From Okamejei kenojei (taxonomy: Eukaryota): a stretch of DNA of 64,000 nucleotides. Both the position numbers and the translations under genes were made by a program. Every line of letters starts with the position of its first letter. Within the stretch, counting starts at the first letter, position 1. Shown piece by piece: positions 33,781 through 47,400 of the stretch. The DNA lies in NCBI GenBank assembly GCA_035221665.1, contig CM069164.1, forward strand, positions 18,290,001 through 18,354,000, in the 5' to 3' direction. The notes beneath the pieces were generated by a model. That model saw nothing but the letters and a program-made list of their open reading frames with translations, ran no database searches and was not told where the DNA came from.

Positions 33781-36190
33781 CTGACGCATGCAGAGGAGAA
33801 TCACAAAAAGTGTTGTCTCTGATGGAATGTTTCAGTTACGAGGCGAGACTGAATACGTTTCATTTGCTGTGGCGGACTTCTGCTCTAATTCCATTTACGT
33901 TTTCAAATGACACCAGTGCAGTGGGTAGGAAGGAACTGCAGATGCTGGTTTAAACCAAAGATAGACACAAAATGCTGGAGTAACTTACCTTGTTACAGGC
34001 AGCATCTCCGGAGAGAAGGAATACGTGACGTTTCTGGTCGAGACACTTCAGACTAGTCAGGGGAAAGAGAAACAATAGATATAGACAGTGGGCCAGTCTC
34101 GAACAATGAAGAGAAGTAGTACAAAGAGGAGAAAGAGAGCTTAGTAACATGGTATCAAGACAACAACCTGTTCCTTAATGTCAGCAAAATGAATGAACTA
34201 GCCATGGATATTGGAAGCCGAGTGGAGTACTCACCCTCGTCTGCATCAATGGTGCTGAAATGGAAATGTTCGAGAGCTTCAAGTTCCGAGACATAAATTA
34301 CACCAGCAAGATGTCCTGATTTAAACAAAGATAGAAGAAGGAATGACTGGGGTGTAAGTGATGTGTCAAGTTCTGTACTGTGTGCCTGTATGACTGTGAC
34401 TGTAATTTATTTTGGGCCTTGATGTGTTTGTAATTGTTTCACATTTTGAGTATTTTAGTAAGCATACAGAGTACCATGTTCAAGTATGTTATTTTCTTGT
34501 GATAAGCATGTACATTAATATAACTATCGAGTATTATTGTGGACTGTTGATGGTCCATAGATGTTGATGTAATGCTCTTCTCGCGTAATCTTAATGCCTT
34601 AAAGTTACCAGCTTCACACACAAACTGCGACTGTGATTCACAAGCCATCCGCCTATTAAGCACTGCCCATCTATTCTCCCTCACTCTTAAATGTGCTCCT
34701 GATGATCAGGGGTCTAACAAGGAGCACACTGTGGGTTAGAACACATTGAGTTTCATACAGTTAGAACTAGGGACAATGACTAATCAATGAAAGGTCTCTC
34801 CCAATTAATGAACAGATTAACTGAGCAAATCATCACTAAAATACCAGGCTTTGTATAATTAATCACTGATCAAAGTTTTTGTTTTGTTCAGTTGGAGACT
34901 AATTTTTCAAATACTGGTCCATGAAACCAGTGAAATATAACATGGTATGGGTTTATTATTGTCACGTGCACCAAAATACAGTGAAAAACGTTGTCTTAAC
35001 ATCTCCTTGGTTAGGTAAATGGGAAACAATCTATGAAATAAGCAAGCCATTTAAAATGGAATTAAATTGTCTGGAGCATATGTGCTCCTCCATCTGCCGA
35101 AAATAGCCCCTGGTTGAATGACTTGTACAACAAGGATTGTATTTTTCACTTGTTAAATCCAGCATCATTTGCTTCTGATTTACCTTTCCTTATTGGCAAG
35201 GTAATGATGAAATTCTGACATTTTCTTTACATGGCAACTTTTCATGGTAACTGGTATCCTCCATGTAAATTACATGTTTACAATATCTTCTGTTGATGCC
35301 ATTTTTTGCAAACCAAGGTTTTTTTTGAAGAACCAAACCTCTTTGTTAATCAGGAGAAACATGCATGACCATTCATAGTTTTTGCCCGTGGGCAGATAAC
35401 TATTTGGGCCACCCCCATTCTTCATTATGCACATCTGAAACAGAAGCCCTGCCTCCCCCAAACCACTTTATCGTAATGACTCAATGTACCATGTTCCCTC
35501 ACTCCATGTGTTTTGTGACTATGCTTCACAGCCACTGCACATATTATTCACAGCTAATCCATCTATTTCTTTCACCCTTATCTGTGGTCTTGGACCACAG
35601 AAGTTCAAATACAGTTAATGTTTTTATGTTGACTGACACAGAGAATCATGTTAGGACTGAACTGCTGACCCTTCTGATTCAGATTGGACTGTTGAATGTC
35701 TTACACTGATCAAGTATTCTGTCATGCTTCATTATTAGATTACTTGCAGTTTATTACATATGTAAAGTACATATGTCAGATGGAAATTCTTAGTTAGTGT
35801 TTCGAATACAAATTATAGTGGAGACAAAGAGAATTGAAGACTGGTACTTATAGTCAGTGTGTATCTGTTGCCTCCCATACTTAGTCATATTTATGCATAT
35901 TTCATTTTCAACAAATTAACATTGAGCTTTTTTTAAATGTAGCATTTTCAGCGAAGCACCTAATTCGTAATAAAAGTACAAAATGTTGGATATACCCAGC
36001 AGGTTCAGCCACATCTATCAAAAGAAATACAAGAGTCCACTTTTCAGATCAAAAACCCTTTGTCAAAATCTAATTAGTAATCTAAACTGCTGATGTTTAG
36101 CCCTCTGCTCTCTCCATGTACTGAGAAAGAAGTAACTTGCAGATCTCAGGACTTTCCAAAGCACTTTAAGGCCAATCATGTGCTTTGGAA

Positions 36191-36324
36191 GGGTTGAAGA
36201 TTGCAACCTTCACGTGGTCCGCCCTGTTTCGACTAATGCAATCAACTCGATGTGCACAAACGGAAGATCAAATAGAACAAGTTATCCTACAACTTTAGGC
36301 TGTGCACGCCACACGAAAGAAGAA
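36191..36324 (+). mobile_element. Short retroposon 3' fragment with GAA tail
   Basis: TSD GTGCTTTGGAA at 36180-36190 and 36325-36335. Ends GAAAGAAGAA. Absent from copy A. Confidence 0.8.
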
Positions 36325-36441
36325 GTGCTTTGGAAATAAACCAGAAAAAAATGCAGGAAACAATAGATCTGCCAGTCCATGGAGAGAGAAAATGAATTAT
36401 CATTTTGGACCATCACTCCTCTCATTGGTGCATTATAAATC

Positions 36442-36819
36442 CTTCTTAGGCCCCCCTCGGTCATGGCTGACCATGGGCGTCTCCAGGGTTGGAGGTCGCC
36501 TGTGCGTGACTTTGTTTAACGTGGGGAGACTGGTGCACAGACAGCCACCACACGGTCCTTGACATATCTGGCTCAAGATCCAGTGGCATGGAATCCAGGA
36601 TGACCAGAGACCCTTTTCTGCTGCAGCCTTCATCCGCCTTCCCAGCCGTTGTGACGCTCCACTAAGGTCAGCCATCATCCTTCCGCCTGTTCCACCATTG
36701 AGGGCTTGGTTTGACTTGGGTGGCCCTACCAGGAGCATAGCTCCAGACGGCATCGCTCTCAGGATCTCAGGGCCACACAAGCTTCTCCACCACGACATGA
36801 TGACAATCCACGGAGAAGT
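36442..36819 (-). mobile_element. Non-autonomous RTE-derived retroposon
   Basis: TSD ATTATAAATC at 36432-36441 and 36820-36829. The minus strand begins with RTE-5'UTR-like GTCGTGGTGGAGAAGCTTG...TATGCTCCTGGTAGGG and ends CCTAAGAAG. Confidence 0.7.
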
Positions 36820-36881
36820 ATTATAAATCAGATAACAGCTAAATTTACAGACAACAAGGTTCCACAAACAATAATGTTATA

Positions 36882-37013
36882 TCTAAAGAAGAGTCGATCC
36901 GAAACATCACCCATTGGTTCTCTGCAGAGATGCTGCCTGTCCCGCTGAGTTACTCCAGCATTTTGTGTCTACCTTTGATTTAAACCAGCATCTGCAGTTC
37001 TTTCCTACACATC
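36882..37013 (+). mobile_element. Penelope-like terminal fragment
   Basis: TSD AATGTTATA at 36873-36881 and 37014-37022. Same family as 6875-7014, with a degenerate core. Confidence 0.8.
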
Positions 37014-40000
37014 AATGTTATACTGAATGGTACGGTAGATCAGATAGCCAGGGAAAAAGTAGGGGCATTAGGAACAGGGGCAATCTGTGTGTGAAGCAAG
37101 AAGGTGTAGGTAAGATCTGAAACAAATAAATTTCACAAAGGAAAATAACTTTGTAGCTGTAGATTTCAGTGAAAGGGTCAGTTCAATTGTAGCTCGTCTC
37201 CATAAATAAAGATGATTCACTCAAATCTTTAATGCGCTATATGGAGGATAAATCTCTAGGGCCAGATGGGATATATCCCTGGCTGCAATGGGAGCCAAGT
37301 AAAGAGAGCTGTGTGGTAGAGGTTAAAAGTAGATATGATTGAGGTATAGGAAGTTATGAGTGATATAGATAGGGTGCACTGCAGGAAACTTCTCCCATTA
37401 TCAAAGACAAATAATGCTACAGGCAAATAAGGACACAGATTAAGGGTAATTTGATGAGATCTGAGGGGGATCCTTCTTCATCCAGAGAGTGGTGACTAAA
37501 TGGAACAAACTCCCAGTGAGAGTGATGGAAGCAGTGGCATCAACAGGCCTAGATTTTCGCTTAGACATAGGACACTTTGTTCTTTTTTCCTGTTTGAATT
37601 TCTGTTAGAAAATGGGGTTAATCTGCATGGGTGTCCATTGGTTGGTGTGGAATTGGTGGGGCAAATGGCCTGTTTCCTGCTGTTGACTCAGTGACTCCAT
37701 CAATATATTATATGATCGATGTATCTGAATGAAATCACGATAGCAAACAGCATTCTAGCCCAAAAATAACTGTGGCATTTCACTTGAAAAATCCATCAGC
37801 GCATTTCAGCCAAAAGCCAAAGTCAATCTAATGTTTGATGTATGATTTATTTTCATTGTCTAATATGATTTTGTTTACTTGACAGGTTCATTTCCCCCTA
37901 AATTTTGTCATTCATCTGTCATATTAGCTGGAATAGTTGAAGATAGAGATGGGTTAAGGTGACGGGAGACAGCTTTGAGCGCAAGAAACTTGGGCAAATA
38001 TGTTCCTTCAGATGACGAGAAGTCTGGAGGAACAGCATTGTTTGACTCAATTCCCGGTCAGTCAGGCTGACTTCTCTGTCAGGCAGCTAAGGCCCAGACA
38101 TAGTTGGGGAGCCACAGGGACATAGAAATGGAGAGAGAGAGACCGGTAACCATGATTGGAGATGGGGATGGAGGTTGTGGATGTCGGGTGCGGAAGGTTT
38201 GGAAGAGTAGTGAACATCTGGAGAAAGGGAACGGAGGAGTCATAGGAGACATCAGAAGATTCATAACTAGCTTGTCAAAATATCCCATTCCATCTAGTTG
38301 CTGAAATTGCTGCCCCAAACCTTTAATCTTTTAATAGGTATTTTCAGAGCAATTACTTTCTTGCATAGCTGAGATAATTGTACATCCAGCAGGTCGGTCC
38401 CTGGTGAGTTCTGTGCATTCAGTTGGCCATAGTTTTCTTAATCTCCTTCATGTTGAGAGGCTTATCTTACTGTTTCTACTGCTCTGTTTCTAATTGGGAA
38501 AGCTTATTGTGTTAAGGCATGCACTGCTCGATGGGCACTGGGGAACATTCCATGAATTGTGTTTTATTTTTTTAGAATACCATGAATGTCGGGTTAATCT
38601 CCTCTTTCCTGGTCAGAATTCCCTTCCCCCCTTTAATTATGTATTTGTGACAATGCTGCATGTCTTGAACAGTTATTTCCCTTCTATTTAACAATGAATG
38701 TAAGTATGATTAGTGAATGCTAATTTTAATTTAATGAATTAAATCCTCGGTATAAAAACACAACCCACTTAACACAATGGAATAATCTGCCTCAATGGTA
38801 CTATGCATGGGAGATGCAGAATTATGCTTTTCAGCATAAACAGTGAATCAAAAGTATCTAGAAAATGTATTGTTATTACGTATGTAGATGTGACTTTATA
38901 CCTACAACAATAAAGGAATTTAAGAAGGTACTATGGGCCTTTATATTAATAGAAGTGTTAAGAATTTAAGGGAAAATTCCTTCGGGTTCCAAGAATTCCA
39001 AAGAGGTGAAAGTTTGTAGGTTTATTGGCTTCTGTAAATTGTCCCGAGTGTGTAGAACAGGATGCGTTGGTGATCAATGGTTAGCATGGACTTGGTGGGC
39101 CGAAGGGTCACCTTCGTACAGCAAGGGTCTTCCATGCTGTATCTCTAAGCTAAACTAAGCTGGTACTTCAATCCAAGTCTGTTAAATTTAAATATTATAT
39201 TTTGTACATCCGGTGACTCTTGATTACCAGAGAAAATGCTTAGTTTGAAAGAAAATTATCTACATTTCTAGTCCAACAGTATTGGTATTGACAAAACCAA
39301 TTCTCTGGCTCAGTAAAAAATATTTAATCACACCAGGCTCACTTCTAAGATTTCACTCAAATGTTTGTGAGTGAATGTGTATCTAACCATCACCCTCATC
39401 TGAAACTATAATAAAGTAATGAAGCAGCTACTGGGACAATCTGTGTGGCTTTGATTTGGTGTTCATACTTGGCAGCTACAGGTGCAGAAGTTGAGGTAGT
39501 TAAAGTGGAGTACTGGTCTAAAGAAGGTCAGAAGATGAGAAGGCACGCAGCTGTAAAGGTTATGTCCCCCTTTGTGCGTTTACTGTTTTTGTTATGAAGA
39601 TTGGCATTATGATCGGATTACTGTTCAGGATGCATGAACGGAGAGATGCTATAGGGCCATGTCGATACCACAGTGGGGTGCTCTGCAGAGAGTCTGCTAA
39701 CTCAATTACAAGTCCCTGAATTAGCTTCACTGCTGACAGATAAAGGAAGGAAAAGTCAGCTTGAGGTTCCAGATCTTACTGCTATTCACTGCCCTAGTTT
39801 GCAGTGCCGAACTCAAGAGTTAAGAGTGTTTTATTGTCATATATCCCAATGAAATTCTTATTTGCAGTAGCACAACAGAATATGTAAACATAGTACTCTG
39901 TAAACTATATAATAAACAGTCAAAAAAGTTGTGTGCGTGTGTGTGCGTGCGACAACCCAGGGGCCTCACCATAGCTTTCCCCCCCAAGAAGTGAACCTTT

Positions 40001-40567
40001 TTATGTATGACATCATTGCTCAATTAGATCTACCAAGGTGAAACATGGATTGGATCATTAAGCTGTTTATTCCCAGTGAGTTTAATAGAAAATGTAGGTT
40101 CATTCAGATATACATTTGCATGATGATGTAACTGCAGGGATATTTCCAGAATTGAAGAGTCATGTTTCTCAGTTAAAGAGATCTTCCAATCATCTCCAAT
40201 ATTTTTAATCTCTGTATCAGCAATTGCCTTTATAATTTTTCCTGCATTTGTAGCTGTACGTTGGGTGACAAAGACCTCAGCCTTATTCATTTACCATCTC
40301 CTAGCAAGAAACCAATTGCCGGGTTATCCAACACAATGTCGCAGTGATGTTTGCTGTTCACACAGATGAAAAAATTGCTTTGTTCAGTCTCTCGATGGAA
40401 GACGTTCCTTCATTTTTGAAACATGTAAAGGTAATCACTGCTTTTAAATACCCAAGACTGGTGGAAATGCAAAACCAATTCCCAATAATTACTTTATTCA
40501 TCTGATTTGCATAGTGGGGACCAAATTTAGTGGCAGCACCAGGTACTGAAAGTCATCTCAGATGAGT

Positions 40568-40583
40568 CCACTAGATGGTGCCA
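40568..40583 (+). promoter_or_regulatory. Candidate CTCF site
   Basis: CCACTAGATGGTGCCA closely matches the CCASYAGRKGGCRC core and lies in non-repetitive sequence. Confidence 0.6.
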
Positions 40584-40747
40584 TGATCTGCCACATCTAT
40601 CCTTAACGCTCACACACATTACACACAATGATAATGGCCCAGACTGGAGGCTTTAAAATAGAGAAACTACCAGCATTATTTTGTGGAATTAACAGGAACT
40701 CAGGCATTCATTTATGTTCATATAAATATAGAAATCCCAAAACTTAT

Positions 40748-41048
40748 CGGTGACACGGCTGTTAGAGCTGCTGCCTCATAGCACCAGAGATTTTGACCTC
40801 ATGTGCTGTCTGTGTGGAGTTTGCACGTTCTCTCTATCACTGCGTGAGTTTCCTCTTGGTGCTCTGGCTTCCTCCCACATCACAAAGACTTGCAGGTTTG
40901 TTAGTTAATCGGCCTCTGTAAATTGCCCCCAGCATGTCAGGAGAGGATGCGAAAATGGGATTACATAGAACTGGTGTGAACGGGTTGCCATGGACTCAAT
41001 GGGACGAAGGACCTATTTCCATGCTGTGTCACTAAACTAAACTGAACT
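40748..41048 (+). mobile_element. V-SINE-like element
   Basis: Same head, body and (CTAAA)n tail as the other copies. Confidence 0.75.
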
Positions 41049-41091
41049 GATATTTAAAGCCGTGTTTGCAAAGGGAAGTAGTGCAGAATTA

Positions 41092-41402
41092 AAGCCCTGT
41101 CCCAGTGTACGAGTTTATTCAAAGAGTTCTCCCGAGTTTGCCCTGATTCGAACTCGGAGATTTACGGTAATGGCCACTCGTCGGAACTCGGGGCTCTCGT
41201 GAAAAATCTACACGAGTCTTCCTGAGCTTACCTGCCGTTAGCGGGTCTTCTCGAGTACCTGCCGTTAGCGTTACGAGCCGCTAAGAGACGTCCCCAAGCT
41301 CCGACGTACCCGCTACTTTCATTCTCCATGCTTACCACGAGTTTGATTCTTTTTTAAGCTCGGGAGAGCTGTTGAATGAACACGTCCAGTGGGACAGGGC
41401 CA
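41092..41402. mobile_element. MITE, PIF/Harbinger-like
   Basis: TIR core GCCCTGTCCCA (41094-41104) and TGGGACAGGGC (41390-41400) with further imperfect subterminal pairing. TTA flanks both ends. Internal direct repeat ACCTGCCGTTAGCG. Confidence 0.8.
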
Positions 41403-41621
41403 TTAGTAAAACAAGTTGGACTTCAACACTTATATTCTGACAGCAAAGTTCCACTGAAATGGTAATGCATAAGAATTTATCTCAAGTCAGTAGTGCTAAA
41501 TGTAGCAAATATTACACCGTGGTGACAGCCCATAGAACTTTGCTCTCATCAGTCATGATTTTTATGTACGCTATTGACAGGCAATGGTTTTCAATGGAAC
41601 TGAAATGTAAATACAAGAAAC

Positions 41622-41791
41622 TGAGATGCTGGTTTACAAAAAAAGACACAAAGTGCTGGAGTAACTCAGCGGGTCGGGCAGCATCTATATACGTGGATGG
41701 GTGACGTTTTGGGTCAGGACCAGAAATGTTCCCTATCCATGTTCACCAGAGATGCTGCCTGACACGCTGAGTTACTCCAGCACTTTGTGTC
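41622..41791. mobile_element. Penelope-like inverted terminal pair (older)
   Basis: GACACAAAGTGCTGGAGTAACTCAGCG at the left pairs with CGCTGAGTTACTCCAGCACTTTGTGTC at the right. Confidence 0.75.
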
Positions 41792-43784
41792 TGAAATTAA
41801 TGTAAAGTAGAATAAATTATTGTAAAGAATCAGGATGAATTTCATGGCTTATGCCTTATAAATGAGGTATAAGAAAGTATTTAAACTTATATGCTGTCAT
41901 ACAACTGCATGCCGTCATAATAATTACTGAACTATAAAGGAATGTTTTAACGTGTGAAGACTTAACTTCCTCAGATTTATTATTTTAAACTGTTGTAAGT
42001 GTTAATATAGTCAGGATTTTACATATATTTTGCCTTCTACCTTTATACACATATACATGATCCAATCGTTATTTCCCTCTCTATAAAATATTTTAAATGT
42101 ACTAAAAATTGAAGCTTACACAATTGAAACAATACAGATGTGCAAGCATGTTGCTTAATCAATTACAACGCAGAAGAGATAATCATCCAAATGAAGTCAC
42201 AACTAGACTCTTAAAGCACTTTATCTTGATCGTATCAATATGCTATCCAAATACCATGATGTTTCTACATTATTTTTCACGCAGAAGTTTCTCCAAATCC
42301 AGCCCTCAATATTCAGCTTGTTTTATTACTAGGTCCTGCAGATCTGCTGTAGATGTAGATCAGTGTCACAGAGCCTAGTTTCATGAAATTATTCAAGATT
42401 AGTGGCACGTGTTATCACTGTGTAACTGATCGGGGAATGTACAGCACTGAAACAGGACATTAAATCTGCAGCATTGAAATAGGGCAAATGACCCAACTGG
42501 TCCAGGCCAATATTTCCAAATCTTCCCCTTCAAATTCCTGTGTAATACAAATCAAAAATGACTAAAATGTTCATACATACAGCAAAGCTGCAGGAATCAG
42601 TCTTCTGGCTATAAAATATAATGATAGGTAATCAGACAACTTTGCCCATTGTTTCCAAAGCTCAAGTATTTTTCATAAACTTTGATTAATTTGCTTGTGG
42701 AATGTAATAGTTTGACTGTAATATTACAAGAATTTCCCTTTCATTCCCCATCTTTCCCCTGTTCCCTTCCACCTTTATCCTCTCTCTGACTTTACATTTC
42801 ACTCCTCTTCCTCCCATATGTGGTGCCTTTCTCTCCATTTCTCCTCTAACATTTGTCACTATCTCCACCTATCTGCCCATCAACCTTCCTTGCCTGTGTC
42901 CACCTGTCACTTGGCAAACTTGCCCCACAGCTCAACTCTCTCCAACCAAATATCTCCCCTCATACTCCATTAGTCCGAAGAAGGGTACTGACCCAAAGTG
43001 TCATCTGTCATTTCCCTCTCTAGATGCTGCCTGCCTCGCTAGGTTCTTCCAGCCTTTCGTTTTTTGCTCAAGGTTCCAGCATCTACAAATCCTAGTTTCA
43101 CCAATTTCCTTTTCCAGTCCTTGAGGCGGCTGCAGAAACAACTTAGGTGGTGGAAGAGGGTCTGTGGATGTTCCTACCCCAGGTCCTTTGGGAAAGTACT
43201 CCTTTTTTGTTACGTGCCCTGTTTTTGGTTCAAATTACATGGTGTATACACACCAGCTGTGGGACTGTATTCATGAATATGTCTATTATTTTGTGACACA
43301 GCTCTGCTTAATATTGCTCCATTCAGGTGATAGAAATCAAGACATTTTGTGTTGTATTTTACCATTGGTATCTACAAATTGGAAGGCCTTGCTGGAAGCT
43401 GCCTCCATTTTCCTTCTGCAGTCTTCATATGTCATATATAGACCAAAGATAGACAGATAAAACTGGACTAACTTAATGGGTCAGACAGCATCTCTGGAGA
43501 AAAGGAATAGGTCGGATTGAGATCTTTCTCCAGACTGAGTCGGGGGAAAGGGAAACAAGAGAGATAAACGGTAATATTGAGAGATATAGAACGAAAGATA
43601 TGCAAAAATGTAACAATGATAAAGGAAACAGGCCATTATTAGTTGTGGGCTAGGTGAAAATGAGTTACAGACAATGAAACTCACCAGGATGACCACACCA
43701 TCTCCACGCTGCAACTTGGCAGCCATTGGCCCGTACGTCACTGCAGCAGCATCAGACAATTCCCTGTGAAAACACATAAGGTAA

Positions 43785-44305
43785 TTAGTGATAGGATAGA
43801 ATTAGGCCATTCGGCCCATCAAGTCTACTCCGCCATTCAATCATGGCTGATCTATCTCTCCCTCCTCTCCTGCCTTCTCCCCATAACCCCTGACACCCGT
43901 ATTAATCAAGAATCTATCCAAGGTGGGCTTTATAATAAAGGCAGCAACATAGTAATTAGATTTCCCTTAAGGACATTAGTGAAACAATTGTTTTTCCTCT
44001 TATCTGGCCATTTCTACCTAAAAAATATCCATTATCGGCCTCCACAGCCTTATGCGGAAAAGATTTCCACCGATACACCACCCACTGACGAAAGACATTC
44101 CTCCTCATCTCCTTCCTAAAGGAACATCCTTTATTTCTGGGGCCATGACCTCTAGTCCTAGACTCTCACACTAGTAGAAACATCCTCTCCACTTCCACTC
44201 TATCCAAGCTTTTCACTATTCGGTAAGTTTAAATGAGGTCCCCCCTCATTCTTCTAAACTCCAGCGAGTACAGGCCCAGTGGCGTCAAACGCTCATCATA
44301 TGCTA
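43785..44305 (-). mobile_element. CR1 LINE 3' fragment
   Basis: gattaggcc-like tail region, and gaccctctagtcctagactct-like and cttctaaactccagcgagtacaggccc blocks (reverse of GLYSLEFRR). Confidence 0.7.
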
Positions 44306-46954
44306 TCATAGCACATCTGAAAGTGGTCCTTCATTTCATATAGTGCAAACTGGTCACCACGTTTTATAACTTAAACTTTCAAAAAAAGACTTTCATTTCT
44401 ATGGCACTGAACAATGTCTCAACAACACCACAAAATTATTTGTGATGACCTCCTTTGGAATACTACAGAGTAAAATCTTTTGGGTGGAATGAAGCATTGA
44501 ACAGTAATTAATGTTGATGCATGAATCATCTGGTTGGTTGAATGTTTAACTATTCTGCAGATGGATAAGAACTTCGTAAAACAGGGGCACCATTAGGCAT
44601 TCCAGAGGATCATAGGTTCAACACTAGTTATCAGGGTTAGTAAGCTGATACAAGACCGAGTCCTAGTGAACTGATAACAGGGATATTCAAAGCATCATCA
44701 TCAATGCCATTGATACACAGAAAGGAAGCATTGCTTTTAAGAGATTAGCAGCCTGATTGTCTCCTGTGATCTTTCACAGAGGTCATAATTGAGGTGAAGT
44801 GAAAGGCCACTGAAGAGGAGTTATATTTAACACAGAAAATAAACCTACAGCTGGCTTCAAAACCGCTCTAGCACAGGTCACCTCTAGTGCTGTTGCCAGG
44901 TCAGCTGCATCACTTTAATCACTGGGACTTATTGGGGAGCTCAGACATGGAGCAATTTAAAGAGGCTGGTGGTGGTGGGATGATAGCTGATAAATGCACT
45001 GGCATCCCTGCTTATCTGGAGAGAAAACGCACAGCAAAGGCAGATGTCAGTATCCAAATAAACCTCCTTTTGTGCGAGGTGTCACACTGCTTTGAAGTTC
45101 ACAAATTTGAGACTCTGTGTGGTTGTGACAACGTTGAATTCTGTTTCATTCAGTTTTGTTTAGAAATACGAGGCAATAGGCCAACAAATCTGCATTTCTT
45201 CAGAATGTGGGAATGAAACCAGAGCGCCGTGAGAAAACCCACCCGGTCACAGGGAGAATGTGCAAACTCCACACAGACAGCACCCGCACTGAGGATTGAA
45301 CACAGGTCTCTGGTGCTGTAAGCTAGCAACTCTACCGCTGTGCCACCCTGTAAGTGACAGGACTGCGGGATATAATGAAAATAAAGTTTGATTTTAATAT
45401 GACTGTCTTTGTAACTAACAGTTCCTGATTCATGTGTAGGAAGGAACTGCTGATGCTGGTTTACACTGAAGAGAGAGGCAAAATGCCAGAGTAACTCAAC
45501 GGGTCAGACAGCATCTCTGGAGAAAGGGATTAGGGTGACATTTTGGGTCGAGACCCTAGGATTCATGCCACTTTGCCAACCAGACCCTTTGGAGCGATAG
45601 GTTGCTCTGTCTACTTGTCCCCAGTTATGGCACTGGGAAGTATCTGCTCCATCGGCATCTGGGAGGGGTTTTTCCTCATTTGCTTCATGGCACAGATTAC
45701 TATCATTTGCATAATGGTTGCTTACTCGTGCACTCTCTACATGCAGAGTTACATAAATTACAATGCAGAATCTTCACATTTAGTGTCAGCGTAAATCAGC
45801 ACGTGTTCTACAAATTGCAAAGACCAAAAGCCGCCGGTGGGATTAAAGTTGGCAATGAGACAAACACTTAAATTGGCCGCCGTTCCTGGTTGTCCATGAC
45901 ACATTGAAAGTATTCTCCCACTTGGGTGGGTTGGCTGGAGGGAAGCATGTCCCATATCAAGAGGAAGTTACTGTGGCTGCACATTCCCATCACCCCCTCC
46001 CCCAGTCTGCAATCAATGGGCAAAATTTCCATCCTCTATTGTGTGTCTCGTCCCACACTATCATCACACAGCAAGCAGGCCTCAGACTGTCTGAGCGCAG
46101 AGGTCAGCCTGACCAGCAGGGTCAAAAGCCTGGTCGAAACTACAGCTGTACAATCAGATTTGCTCCAACTTTTCAGCTGCTTACAATCAAAATCCCCCCC
46201 TTGTAAATTGTAGAAATTAACTTGTGATGTGATCTAAGGGTAAAACTTTCCAACTCTTGTTGGTAACTTTTAAAAGCTCCAACTCACTGTTCTCCTTTCA
46301 CTGTTATTTGTGGAAAAAAGAGAGAGAGAGTGTGTGTGTGAGAGAGTGATCATTGTGGTAATGTGACACCATCTCAGGGGGAAGACAGGGCTAACAAAAC
46401 AGTACCCAGGGCTGCTCCACCAAATGACTCTGGGGCTACAGTCAGTGTAAAGCCCACGTCAAATCTGCATATTCCTTGTTCAAAGAGTCATGAGGAAATA
46501 AAAACAGAAAAACAACGCTCATCAGAGGCCAGGACTAAAATATTCTCAGCTCCTAACCTGGGTTGCTATTTGTCACATGAACTATTTAGAAGCAGTTCTC
46601 TCTTATTTATTACTCAATTTGAAGTTTTTTTTTTAAAGTTAGCAACAAGACTTGGACATTTTCACAAGAAGACCAGATCTTTGAAAAATGTTCAACATAA
46701 ATCTTGGATCAATGTTTCGTTCTGGGACTCGCTAAGTAAGGCTGGAATTGTTTGCTAAAATCATTTCTTTTCTATTAACCTCCTTACATTGATTCAGGCT
46801 GTTCTCTAATATGTATCTTAAAACCTATAGTACTTACAGATCTCTGAAAGCTTAGTACCACAGTTATTTTAACATTTAAAGCACTGGTTTTCTTAACAAA
46901 TGAAGAAATTAAATTAAATTAAATGCCAATTCTTCCATTGTCATATTCTTGTGT

Positions 46955-47400
46955 CTCCAGCCACCCCAGAGTTATCCGGGATCTCCCTATTCCTCCAGTT
47001 CTAGTCTCCAGTGGTCAGGATGAACTTCACAGCAAATTGGAGGAACAGGATCTCACATTTCGCTTGGGCAGCTTACAGACCGGTGGTATGAATATTGATT
47101 TATCTAACTTCAGGTAGCCTTGGCATTCCCTCTCTCTCCATCCCTCCCCCACCCAAGTTGCACTAGCCTCTCATTTTCTCCCAACAAACATCTACCAATG
47201 GCCTGTTTCCTTTATCATCGTTACTTTTTTGCATATCTTTCATTCTTTGTTCTTTATCTCTATACATCATTGTAGAAATCTCATTTCCCTTATCCCCCTA
47301 ACCAGTCTGAAGAAGGGCCTCAACCTGAAACATCACCCATTCCTCTCCAGAGATGCTGCCTATCCCGCTGAGTTACTCCAACTTTTTGTGTCTATCTTCG
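46955..47400 (+). mobile_element. Penelope-like element 3' portion with GIY-YIG endonuclease C-terminus and terminal repeat
   Basis: ORF 46923..47117 ends KLEEQDLTFRLGSLQTGGMNIDLSNFR (EQxxIFxLGTLxPxGxN motif). It is followed by CTGAAGAAGGGCCTCAACCTGAAACATC and the family terminus. Confidence 0.8.

Larger units (their letters stand above)
35935..37381 (+). repeat. Old local direct duplication, copy B, interrupted by three insertions
   Basis: Matches 29325-30075 once 36191-36324, 36442-36819 and 36882-37013 are removed. Confidence 0.85.

Noticed and set aside
35480-35570. Faint resemblance to the PYGO PHD end (AVxxC) on the minus strand
   Set aside because: It needs indels and is followed by a stop. 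The match is too short to distinguish from chance.
40030-40290. 86-aa ORF MNKAEVFVTQ... as a gene
   Set aside because: No recognisable homology, promoter or supporting exons.
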